Part shown: positions 1 through 7,410 of the stretch, one piece after another
How positions within the stretch are numbered: position 1 is the stretch's first letter
Layout: each line of letters opens with the position of its first letter
From: a virus
Taxonomy: Duplodnaviria > Caudoviricetes
Virus record (IMG/VR): IMGVR_UViG_3300005077_000056
Location: 1 to 37,036 of that record
DNA length: 37,036 bases
Direction: 5' to 3' (one strand)
Made by a program: the position numbers and the translations under genes
The notes under the pieces: model-generated
What the model was told of the DNA's origin: nothing
The model's database searches: none
The model's input: only the letters and a program-made list of their open reading frames with translations

Positions 1-384
1 GAGCGGCTGCAACTCCAGCTTAAGTCGTTAAACGAAATTCATAAGATTTGCGTTGAAGACCGTGGAAAATTGAGAGGTGAATTAAAAGCGGCGTGGCGGG
101 TGGTAAATACCTATTTGCGTGGGGAATACCCATTACTACACGACGCTGTCTTCACTCTCGGGCGAATGTACGAACAAAAAAAGGCCGAGGCCGAGCGGCT
201 GCGGAAAAAAATTGAAGGAACGAAAGCCGAACACGATTATGATGCTGGCCTATTGAACGACTATGGCGGGGGAGATGTCAACTGGTGGCATGATTATCTC
301 CGCTCCGAACTGGAAAAATGCAATGAATACTGGCGAGCCCGGCATGAGGAAAACGATGAGACCCGGAATGATATGTCCTGTTGA
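1..384 (+). CDS. Hypothetical phage protein, 5'-truncated
   Basis: Frame 1 is open from position 1 (ERLQLQLKSLNE...) through the listed 70..384 ORF; helical/coiled-coil composition. Confidence 0.6.
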   Translation, partial: ERLQLQLKSLNEIHKICVEDRGKLRGELKAAWRVVNTYLRGEYPLLHDAVFTLGRMYEQKKAEAERLRKKIEGTKAEHDYDAGLLNDYGGGDVNWWHDYLRSELEKCNEYWRARHEENDETRNDMSC

Positions 385-544
385 TAGAGGGGGATGCGGA
401 AAACGGCTGGAATGGGACGACGGAGCGTTCTGCAAGAGCTGCATGAACAGGGGCCTTTTTGAGCGCCTGGAAAAAATGGGAATCAAAACGATTACCAAGA
501 ATGATAATCCGTTCACGGGTGATCGATCGAATGGGGAGGAGTGA
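356..544 (+). CDS. Small zinc-ribbon-like protein
   Basis: GAGG at 346-349 then ATG 356; CPVDRGGC...CKSC Cys pattern; stop overlaps next start (GTGA). Confidence 0.55.
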   Translation: MRPGMICPVDRGGCGKRLEWDDGAFCKSCMNRGLFERLEKMGIKTITKNDNPFTGDRSNGEE

Positions 545-771
545 TGCTGCAGAAATCCATCAATCCCGAAAAAATGTCGAAGTGGCTGGTCGAATTCGAG
601 GAGCTGGCCGGTCGAAGCGCGATAGTCGCCCTGGCGTTTCACCATTACGGCAAAAACGAAATCACCCTAATCGAGGCCCTGCTCAAGTCGGTGTCGATGC
701 TGTGCGACTACGTTGATCACATCGAAACCACCATCGGATACGGGAGCACATTTACGGAAAAAAAGAATTGA
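541..771 (+). CDS. Hypothetical protein (76 aa)
   Basis: GGGGAGG SD immediately upstream; coupled to previous stop; GC3-rich codons. Confidence 0.65.
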   Translation: MMLQKSINPEKMSKWLVEFEELAGRSAIVALAFHHYGKNEITLIEALLKSVSMLCDYVDHIETTIGYGSTFTEKKN

Positions 772-802
772 CGGAATGTGAGGTTTCCGTTAATCATAAT
801 CT

Positions 803-879
803 ACGGGACCAGGATCCCGGAACGGGCAACCCTCCGGCAGCCCCTCTTATGCTGGGTCAGGTCCTGGTTCCGTTTCTTT
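803..879 (+). ncRNA. Candidate structured RNA (three-way junction) or terminator-like element
   Basis: ACGGGACCAGGA (803-814) pairs with TCCTGGTTCCGT (862-873, one G-U), enclosing two hairpins (817-837, 838-854), followed by TTTCTTT. Confidence 0.4.
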
Positions 880-892
880 GAACAAAAAAACC

Positions 893-921
893 TTGACATC
901 CGGGTTCGGTCGCGGGAAAAT
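893..921 (+). promoter_or_regulatory. Putative sigma70-type promoter upstream of the replication module
   Basis: TTGACA (893-898), 17 nt spacer, GAAAAT (916-921), A-tract upstream. Confidence 0.45.
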
Positions 922-1071
922 GCGATATGCTCAACAGGACAAGACAGCATTGCCAAAATTTAAGAAGGCCCAGGAACCCCTCCCCGGTAACGGATGGGGC
1001 GGCTTGTCCCCGCAGCATGTTCCTGGGCCTTCTTATTTTTTGGAGGCGACGATTATGAACGGGGTGGGGCG

Positions 1072-1860
1072 ATGAAGGATCAGCCTGGGAAAAATCCGAC
1101 CATCCGCTGGTACTACAAAGATTGGCTGGCCGACAAGAAACTGCAACGGGCATCGCCCAGTAGCCGGGGAATCTGGATGAACCTGCTGATGCACATGGTC
1201 GACTGCAGCCTCGATGGTGACGACTGCCAGGAGGGCATCCTTGAAGACCTGACGATCATTGAGCTGATGAGTTTGGGTAGCTGCACCGAAGACCAGGCAT
1301 GGAGTTTTCTCGATGAGGCGTTGAAGCATCAATTCTGCGATGTTCAGCTGAATGAAAACGTGACGTTCACGATAATGTCACGCCGATTGTCACGGGATAT
1401 TCAAGCAAAAAAACAGAGATTGTCACGGGATAGTCACGCAAGAGAACAGAACAGAAAAAGAAAACAAAAACAAAGAGATAGAGAGAAGAAGAAAAATAGT
1501 CACGCAGATGTCACGGACGATGTCACGGGCTTGTCACGGCCTATTTCCAGGTCCTTATCCAAGTCCTTATCCAAGTCCGTTCAAAAACAAACCCAAAAGA
1601 AAACCCCCCTCCCCCCCCTTTGGGGGCCGGATCCGGCTCAAAAGAAATACGCCTTGGACCACGGCGTCGCCGAGCAGCATTTCGATGAGTTCGCCGCGTC
1701 GTTTGTCGACTACCACATCAGCCGCGGCAACAAGATGCTGGATTGGGGCCGTGCCTGGCAGACCTTCTGCCGGAATGCGGTCGAATACAGCAAACAATAC
1801 CTGGACCCGAAACGGAAAACCAAAATCCCCGTCAAGGATCTGCCGGATTTTACCAACTGA
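1072..1860 (+). CDS. Phage replication initiator / replisome organiser (YdaU/DUF1376-like N-terminus)
   Basis: N-terminal PTIRWYYKDWLAD...SRGIWMNLLMHM pattern; central low-complexity linker carrying DNA iterons; C-terminal FVDYH...DWGRAWQTFCRN helical domain; directly upstream of DnaB. Start moved to ATG 1072. Confidence 0.75.
   Translation: MKDQPGKNPTIRWYYKDWLADKKLQRASPSSRGIWMNLLMHMVDCSLDGDDCQEGILEDLTIIELMSLGSCTEDQAWSFLDEALKHQFCDVQLNENVTFTIMSRRLSRDIQAKKQRLSRDSHAREQNRKRKQKQRDREKKKNSHADVTDDVTGLSRPISRSLSKSLSKSVQKQTQKKTPLPPLWGPDPAQKKYALDHGVAEQHFDEFAASFVDYHISRGNKMLDWGRAWQTFCRNAVEYSKQYLDPKRKTKIPVKDLPDFTN
1359..1578. repeat. Iteron array, probable replication origin within the initiator gene
   Basis: GTCACG at 1377, 1389, 1422, 1433, 1499, 1510, 1522, 1533 plus an inverted copy at 1359; A-rich tract 1441-1496; GTCCTTATCCAA tandem repeat 1551-1578. 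Confidence 0.8.
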
Positions 1861-2000
1861 CGCGGCCGGAGATCGTCATGGCGGGGCGATCGCAACATGG
1901 TCAATAGGCAGGCATGGGCAACACGCAAAAACCCAGTAAAACGAACGAGGCGAAACCACAGAGGCATCGGCCTTGAAGCCATTGGCTTCCGGGAGGAGAC

Positions 2001-3317
2001 ATGCAGAACAACGTGGAGGTCGAGCTTTCGGTTTTGACCAGCATCCTGTGCTTCCCGCACGACGCCCGGTTTTTCTGCTCGGTCCTCGATCCGGAGGATT
2101 TCAGCGGCAAGCTGCGCCAGGGCGCCTTCAAGGCGATGTGCCGATGCACCGAGGAGCATGGCCAGGTGATCACCGCAATCCTTTCAGGACACTTTGAGAT
2201 AAACCTTGCCAAGTTCTTGAAACAAATCACATATTCAGAGTCCGTCTCCACGAATCCAAAAGCTCATGTGCAGGAGCTTTACCGTTGCCGGCTGGCGCGG
2301 GACATGGAGGTCATCGGCCGGCAGATGGCAAAGGACGCCGGGGAGAAGAAAAACACCGACGAGCTGTATGCCGATTACCAGCAACGCCTGGCCAGGCTGG
2401 AGACCTCCCACACCCTGGTGATGTCGCCGCTGTCGGAGATCATCGAAAAAACCATCGAGCAGGACGAGATGACCTGCAAGGTGGTCCAGGCCGGCGGGCG
2501 CCCCGGCATCCCCTCCGGCCTCGCCGAGCAGGACGAGCTTTTGTGCGGCTTCCGTCCGACCGATTTCGTGATCACCGCGGCCAGGCCCGGCATGGGCAAG
2601 ACCGCCCTGATGCTCTCCGAGGCCATTCACCTGGCCGGCATGGGGATCCCCGTGGGCCTGTTTTCCCTGGAGATGGGCGCCACCCAGCTGGCGCAGCGGA
2701 TGATCTCGGCGCACTCGGGGATCTCGTTTGCGGTCATCCGGGACGGCAGCCTGCGGGGGGACGATTGGATCGGCTACACCGAAGCCGCCGGCAAGGTGCA
2801 CGGTCTGCCGATCCACATCACCGACGCCCCTTCGGCCGACATGAACAAGATCGCGCAGACGGCGCGGCAGGCGATCCGGGACCAGGGGATCCGGATCCTG
2901 TACATCGATTACCTGCAGCTGATCCGGACCCGGCAGGACGTCAAGCGCTGGGAGCAGGTGAGCGAGCTGACGCGCCGGCTGAAGGAGCTGGCTAAAGAGC
3001 TGCAGATCCCGGTGGTGGCCCTCGCTCAACTGAACCGGGACTGCGAGCAACGCATCAACAAGCGGCCGATCCTGGCCGACCTGCGCGAATCCGGGTCGAT
3101 CGAGCAGGACGCCGACGTCGTCCGGTTCATTTATCGCCACGCACAGTATGACCGGGAGATGCCGTCTCTGATCCGGCATGTCACCGAGATCGACGTCAAG
3201 AAGCACCGCAACGGACGCACCGGAACCTGCAAGGTCGGGTTCTGGACCGAGACCCAGCGCTGGGGCGACATCGACAACACCACCAGCGTGCAATACAACG
3301 ATTACATCAGGTCGTAA
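2001..3317 (+). CDS. dnaB: Replicative DNA helicase
   Basis: Walker A AARPGMGKT, FSLEM, IDYLQL, AQLNR and DLRESGSIEQDAD motifs; SD GGAGG upstream. Confidence 0.97.
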   Translation: MQNNVEVELSVLTSILCFPHDARFFCSVLDPEDFSGKLRQGAFKAMCRCTEEHGQVITAILSGHFEINLAKFLKQITYSESVSTNPKAHVQELYRCRLARDMEVIGRQMAKDAGEKKNTDELYADYQQRLARLETSHTLVMSPLSEIIEKTIEQDEMTCKVVQAGGRPGIPSGLAEQDELLCGFRPTDFVITAARPGMGKTALMLSEAIHLAGMGIPVGLFSLEMGATQLAQRMISAHSGISFAVIRDGSLRGDDWIGYTEAAGKVHGLPIHITDAPSADMNKIAQTARQAIRDQGIRILYIDYLQLIRTRQDVKRWEQVSELTRRLKELAKELQIPVVALAQLNRDCEQRINKRPILADLRESGSIEQDADVVRFIYRHAQYDREMPSLIRHVTEIDVKKHRNGRTGTCKVGFWTETQRWGDIDNTTSVQYNDYIRS

Positions 3318-3361
3318 CCACCCAACAGCGGACGGCGCGACCGCCGTCGGAAAGGAGCAGC

Positions 3362-3712
3362 ATGATCACAGACGAGAAGGAATTCAGCTTGCGCAACCAC
3401 GACCAGGCCGTCGAGATGTTCGACCTGGCGGCGCAGAAGGCATTCAAGAACATGCTGGACCCGAACACCTCCAGCGACCAGGTCCGCGAAGTGTTCCTGC
3501 GGATGCGCTTCAAGCCGGACCCGGACACCGGCATGGTGACCACCGAGGTGAGCGCCGGCTCCAAGCTGGCGCCGCAGAGGTGCTTTCGGGAGAAGATCAT
3601 CATCGGCTTCGAGGGCGGCAGGTACACGGCCCGCCGGATCAAACAACATCAGCCGCAGCTGCCGCTGGGCGAAGTGATCCGGGTCGGCGGCGCGGGGAAG
3701 GGAGACGCCTAA
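3362..3712 (+). CDS. Conserved phage protein (first of a widespread replication-region gene pair)
   Basis: FD...KAFKNMLDPNT...MRFKP...SKLAP pattern; SD AAGGAG; TAATG overlap with next gene. Confidence 0.75.
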   Translation: MITDEKEFSLRNHDQAVEMFDLAAQKAFKNMLDPNTSSDQVREVFLRMRFKPDPDTGMVTTEVSAGSKLAPQRCFREKIIIGFEGGRYTARRIKQHQPQLPLGEVIRVGGAGKGDA

Positions 3713-4452
3713 TGAACATCATTACGGAAACCATCAACTGGTTGCAGAATCTTCGCCAGGACAGGATCGTCGAGGTGAACGGTCTGAAATACACCGACAG
3801 AAACCTGTGCGAGCTGGAACCCGTGAAGCCCCCGCCGCACCCGACGATCGAGCACGTTCTGACCCTGACCGGGCTGATCGACTACATCCTGCTAGACCCC
3901 GACGAGCAGTACTACCCCGCTTTCGTTTTGATCGAAAGCTACAAGCGGGTCTCCTACGTCACGACGCCGTACGGGGACACCAAAAGCCGGTACGTTCTGG
4001 CCAGGGCAGAGCACTCGTCCTGGTACAACTTCGACGGGTCCGAGCGCGGCGGCATCAATGCCCCGGTTGAAACGGCGATCGTCACGTTGCTGACCTGCTT
4101 CGAGCCATCGGAAGACCGGGAACACCTGCTGGACCTGATCAGCAACATCAGGGTCGACGACGAGACCCGGATCGAGGACGACGGGCTGACCCAGCGGGTG
4201 GCGGTCAAGACCGGGGTCACCACCGTCGAGTCGGTCACCCTATCGCGGCTGGTGACCCTCCGGCCGAGGGTGACGTTCCCCGAGATCGATCAGCCAAACA
4301 TCGTTTACGCCGTGCGGCTGAAACAGGAAGGCGAGCGCTCTGTGCGGGTCAGGCTGCAGCCGCAGGAGGATTTCGGCTGGCACGGGGATGTGGTCGATGC
4401 CATTCTGAAATATCTGAACGTGAACGGGGTGACGCAAAAAATCATCCGGTAA
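3712..4452 (+). CDS. Conserved phage protein (second of the pair)
   Basis: True start ATG 3712 overlaps previous stop; TLTGLIDYI, DDGLTQRVAVKTGV and LRPRVTFPEIDQP motifs typical of this hypothetical family. Confidence 0.8.
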   Translation: MNIITETINWLQNLRQDRIVEVNGLKYTDRNLCELEPVKPPPHPTIEHVLTLTGLIDYILLDPDEQYYPAFVLIESYKRVSYVTTPYGDTKSRYVLARAEHSSWYNFDGSERGGINAPVETAIVTLLTCFEPSEDREHLLDLISNIRVDDETRIEDDGLTQRVAVKTGVTTVESVTLSRLVTLRPRVTFPEIDQPNIVYAVRLKQEGERSVRVRLQPQEDFGWHGDVVDAILKYLNVNGVTQKIIR

Positions 4453-4460
4453 AAATGGGC

Positions 4461-4488
4461 TTGACATTTCCCGGATCCATGCTACGAT
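4461..4488 (+). promoter_or_regulatory. Strong sigma70-type promoter for the accessory gene cluster
   Basis: TTGACA (4461-4466), 16 nt spacer, extended -10 TGcTACGAT (4480-4488); intergenic. Confidence 0.7.
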
Positions 4489-4493
4489 CCATG

Positions 4494-4582
4494 CACACCC
4501 CACCGCCAGATCGGTGTGTGTGTCTCCTCGGGCGGGGGGCTTGGCCGCCTCCCGCCCAACTCCCGCCCACCGGAGGACCGCC
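4494..4582 (+). promoter_or_regulatory. Structured 5' leader with two hairpins and an anti-SD segment
   Basis: Hairpin 4494-4522; 11-bp stem 4530-4540/4547-4557; duplicated CTCCCGCCC; GTGTGTGTCTCCT at 4516-4528 complementary to the downstream start motif. Confidence 0.5.
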
Positions 4583-4795
4583 GTGGCCATCGACGACGGG
4601 CAAAAGAAAAAGACCCTCCGCACGATCGGAAAGTTCGCCGCCTTCCGCAGGGATCCAAAACGCTTCGAGGTTTTCCGCAGGTCGTTCATGGCCCTGTCCC
4701 GTCGTCCCGGCAGGCTCCGCTCGCCGGACAAGGGTGAGACCATGCGGTCGGCCGACAAAGGCGCCGCGTTCCGGCGCGAAAGGAGATTTTCCTGA
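4583..4795 (+). CDS. Small basic hypothetical protein (70 aa)
   Basis: GGAGG 4572-4576, GTG 4583; TGATG overlap with next gene. Confidence 0.55.
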   Translation: MAIDDGQKKKTLRTIGKFAAFRRDPKRFEVFRRSFMALSRRPGRLRSPDKGETMRSADKGAAFRRERRFS

Positions 4796-4983
4796 TGGGA
4801 CTTCCAGCGTGGCTGACATTCGGACGGCTGAAGTACGGCAGGGTGGAGGACGATGAGGAGGAGGAGTCTGAAATCCTTCCGGAGGCCCGGCGCCGCAAGA
4901 AATCCCTGCGCAAGCTCAAGTACGTCCGGCACGGCCAGCAGAAAAAGAAAAAAATGCTGATGGACGAGATCGGGGACATCTGA
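4795..4983 (+). CDS. Small protein with acidic and basic blocks
   Basis: Coupled start; EDDEEEESE followed by K/R-rich tracts; GC3-rich codons. Confidence 0.6.
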   Translation: MGLPAWLTFGRLKYGRVEDDEEEESEILPEARRRKKSLRKLKYVRHGQQKKKKMLMDEIGDI

Positions 4984-5003
4984 CCCCGCGGGGGAGACAC
5001 GCC

Positions 5004-5336
5004 ATGAGGTGGATGATTCTGGCAGCGGTTGCCTCCCTGGCAGCCGCCGCGATCATCGGGCATTGCGGCCGATCCGGCGCCGAACCCTACCGCATCGAAC
5101 AAATCGAAATCGAATTCGTAAAACTTTGCCAGGAGCAGGTGCTGCTGGAGGTGAAAGCCGGCCGCCAGGGCGGCGTTCTGGACCTGGAGGACCGGGCCCG
5201 GTACGTCGAGGTCCTGCGCAACCAGGAGGCGCTGGCCGATCTCTACATGCGTCTGATGAAGGAGGAGCTGACATGCCTGACGATTATGAGGGCGATTACC
5301 ACCGGAAGGACTCCGGGGGTTTCCGCAAAACATTGA
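5004..5336 (+). CDS. Secreted or membrane-anchored hypothetical protein
   Basis: N-terminal hydrophobic segment MRWMILAAVASLAAAAIIGHC; start sits in the repeat motif. Confidence 0.65.
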   Translation: MRWMILAAVASLAAAAIIGHCGRSGAEPYRIEQIEIEFVKLCQEQVLLEVKAGRQGGVLDLEDRARYVEVLRNQEALADLYMRLMKEELTCLTIMRAITTGRTPGVSAKH

Positions 5337-5446
5337 GGCACGTTTACGGGTTCATCAACCGCATCAGCCGTCGAGACAAGCCGACCCGGAAAAAGCGCAC
5401 GATGCTCGCACGGCAGTCCACGGGGGTCGCCGGGGCCCGCGGGTGA
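5273..5446 (+). CDS. Small basic hypothetical protein (57 aa)
   Basis: GGAGGAG SD 5261-5267, ATG 5273; TGATG coupling to the next ORF; 64-nt overlap with the previous gene. Confidence 0.45.
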   Translation: MPDDYEGDYHRKDSGGFRKTLRHVYGFINRISRRDKPTRKKRTMLARQSTGVAGARG

Positions 5447-5619
5447 TGGAAAGCAGTTTCGAGCTGACGGTGGAGTGCGCCTTCTGCGAGGCCCTGCTGT
5501 CCCTGAAGGTCAACACCGTGATCGGCGCGGCCACCAGGCTGCCCAGGTGCCCGGCCTGCAATCAGCTTCTGCTGCTCGAGTACGAGGTGCTCCTGATCGA
5601 AAAGGGGCCAGGTGGCTGA
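5446..5619 (+). CDS. Zinc-ribbon protein (57 aa; absent from the ORF track)
   Basis: Manual translation MESSFELTVECAFCEALLSLKVNTVIGAATRLPRCPACNQLLLLEYEVLLIEKGPGG with two CxxC pairs. Confidence 0.7.
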   Translation: MESSFELTVECAFCEALLSLKVNTVIGAATRLPRCPACNQLLLLEYEVLLIEKGPGG

Positions 5620-5809
5620 CATCCGGAAGGCACTGCTGCTTTGCGTTCTGGCCGCGGCCCTGATCGCTGCGGCCCTGGTGGTGCTGTTCCTCAAGCTGAT
5701 AGGAGAGGACGATGGCTACATGGTTCAAGACGGCGGCCGCCGGCCTGGTGATCGTGATCGGGCTGGTGGGATCGATATGGGGGCTGCCGAAGGTCTTCAC
5801 CACGGTTGA
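5612..5809 (+). CDS. Small membrane protein
   Basis: Long hydrophobic helix ALLLCVLAAALIAAALVVLFL; 3' part overlaps next gene. Confidence 0.45.
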   Translation: MADIRKALLLCVLAAALIAAALVVLFLKLIGEDDGYMVQDGGRRPGDRDRAGGIDMGAAEGLHHG

Positions 5810-6077
5810 ACGGCACGAGATCGACCAGGAGACCATCAAGAGCGAGCTGGCCGGCATGGGCGCCGAGCTGGCCGGGGTCAGCCTGAACCAGCAGGCCGAG
5901 GGCAGCCGCAATCAGATCCGGTGGCTGCAGCAGGAGCTGTACGAGATCGAAAAACAATACGGCACCGACCCCTCCAGGATGCCCCCGGAGGTCCGCAGGA
6001 GATACCTGGAGCTGATCCAGCAGCTGGAGGACGAGCGCCGGTTTTACAATGACATCCGCACCAAGCTCAAAAAGTGA
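5712..6077 (+). CDS. Membrane-anchored coiled-coil protein
   Basis: GGAGAGG SD; N-terminal TM helix then heptad-rich charged region. Confidence 0.7.
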   Translation: MATWFKTAAAGLVIVIGLVGSIWGLPKVFTTVERHEIDQETIKSELAGMGAELAGVSLNQQAEGSRNQIRWLQQELYEIEKQYGTDPSRMPPEVRRRYLELIQQLEDERRFYNDIRTKLKK

Positions 6078-6113
6078 AATATGTCAATCAGTATAAACAT
6101 TTGAGAGGTGCAA

Positions 6114-6314
6114 ATGCTGTCGATCAAACAATGGTTCGGCCTGGAGGACGAGTTCGGCGGCCTGAAGCTCCTGCGTCTTCTGACCACCGAAACCGAGGCC
6201 GTCAGCTTCGCCTTTTCCCCGATGGGGATCGGGCTGTTCGTCTGGCGCCGGGCCAAGCTGCAGGATGCCTGGGTGGTGCGCACCGACGCCTATCACCTGG
6301 TGGGCGTGTCGTGA
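6114..6314 (+). CDS. Hypothetical protein (66 aa)
   Basis: GAGG SD 6105-6108, ATG 6114; GTGA overlap with next ORF. Confidence 0.6.
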   Translation: MLSIKQWFGLEDEFGGLKLLRLLTTETEAVSFAFSPMGIGLFVWRRAKLQDAWVVRTDAYHLVGVS

Positions 6315-6499
6315 AAATCAAGTGCCGATTCTGCGGGTGGGAGACCACCGCCTGGGCCAAAAACAAGAAAGGCAAGCCCAGGCACGGCTACGACCGCCTC
6401 ATGCGGCATGTGGAGCTGCACCACCCAGAAATGCTAACGAAGGTGCAAGCCTATTGCGAACAGGGGGTCGAGGAGCCCCCGGAGGGAGACACGCCATGA
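6311..6499 (+). CDS. C2H2-like zinc-finger protein (62 aa)
   Basis: GTG 6311 coupled start; CRFC...HVELHH; ATGA overlap with next gene. Confidence 0.6.
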   Translation: MKIKCRFCGWETTAWAKNKKGKPRHGYDRLMRHVELHHPEMLTKVQAYCEQGVEEPPEGDTP

Positions 6500-6786
6500 G
6501 GAGGTGCGAGGTGAAAGTTATTAAAAAAATGCGGGATGAGGTCGTTCGATTCGCCGAGGCGATGGAACTCGTTCTGGCCGCCAACGATCACAAGTCCGGC
6601 TGGGGGGACCTCAAGCCGACAGAGATTCTGGTCCGGCTCAAGATGGAGCTGAAGGAGCTGGAGGAAAGCCTGATAGACCAGGATCCGGAAGAGGCCATGC
6701 ACGAGGCCGTGGACATCGCCAACTTCGCGATGTTCCTCTGGACCAACCTGCACTTCGGGGAGACACGCCATGGAGCTGACGCCTGA
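6496..6786 (+). CDS. MazG-like all-alpha NTP pyrophosphohydrolase
   Basis: ELKELEE...HEAVDIANFAMF acidic metal-binding pattern; start in the repeat motif. Confidence 0.65.
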   Translation: MRRCEVKVIKKMRDEVVRFAEAMELVLAANDHKSGWGDLKPTEILVRLKMELKELEESLIDQDPEEAMHEAVDIANFAMFLWTNLHFGETRHGADA

Positions 6787-6976
6787 AAACAAGCTGCACA
6801 TCGATTCCCTGCCGTACCCCCACCTGCTGCGGCACCTGCGCTTCGCCCCGGACGGCGACCCTTGGTTCCAGGGAGAGACCGGGGCCTATTGGCTCGAACG
6901 GATGAACGAGCTGCGAACCCAGGGGGCCGACCATGTCGGAGCCTCCAAAACCATCGGGTGGGATCCACCCGCATGA
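6770..6976 (+). CDS. Conserved small phage protein
   Basis: Start in repeat motif; LLRHLRFAP.GDPWFQGETG.YW pattern. Confidence 0.75.
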   Translation: MELTPENKLHIDSLPYPHLLRHLRFAPDGDPWFQGETGAYWLERMNELRTQGADHVGASKTIGWDPPA

Positions 6977-7002
6977 GATTCTACAGCAAAGGAGACACGC
7001 AC

Positions 7003-7401
7003 ATGGACCTGCGACCCATGCTCGACAAGATCTCGATGCTCGAAGGCAGCCTGCCCAACACCACCCGATCCGAGGTCATCCACTCCCGCTGCATGTTGAT
7101 GATGGCCGAGGTCACGGTCAAGCAGCTGATCGTCGTGGCCGAGGTCGCCGACCAGATCCGGAAGATCGCCGCCAACCTCCCAAACGACCCCCTGGCAAAA
7201 GCCGAAATGGCGGCCCCCAGGAAACCAACCCAAACCCCTCCCCCAGGAGGGGGAACCCCAAAACCCACCGACACCCAGGAGAAGGTCCAGGACCCCAAGC
7301 CGGCCGAAAAAAAACTTGACACCTTGTCCGGCAACGTGTCTACTAACCAAGAAAGTCTGGCAGGGCTGGCCGAATTCGACCTGCCCGCGAAATCAAAATA
7401 G
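7003..7401 (+). CDS. Hypothetical protein with Pro/Lys-rich tail
   Basis: AAGGAG SD within the variant repeat, ATG 7003. Confidence 0.65.
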   Translation: MDLRPMLDKISMLEGSLPNTTRSEVIHSRCMLMMAEVTVKQLIVVAEVADQIRKIAANLPNDPLAKAEMAAPRKPTQTPPPGGGTPKPTDTQEKVQDPKPAEKKLDTLSGNVSTNQESLAGLAEFDLPAKSK

Positions 7402-7410
7402 GACCTCACC

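Larger units (their letters stand above)
4992..7005 (+). repeat. Dispersed start-associated repeat GGGAGACACGCCATG (3 exact copies, 1 variant)
   Basis: Copies at 4992-5006, 6484-6498, 6758-6772 and variant GGAGACACGCACATG at 6991-7005; each ends in a gene's start codon. Confidence 0.9.

Noticed and set aside
878-1075. 65-aa ORF upstream of the initiator
   Set aside because: TTG start without SD and overlaps the candidate promoter. The ATGA overlap with the initiator leaves a shorter version possible, but support is insufficient.
1359-1578. Repeats considered as a CRISPR array
   Set aside because: Units are 6-15 bp with no unique 30-40 bp spacers and no cas genes; iteron interpretation fits better.
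3178-3711. N-terminal extension of the 424-aa ORF
   Set aside because: Overlaps dnaB and the 3362 gene with junk composition; the real start is 3712.
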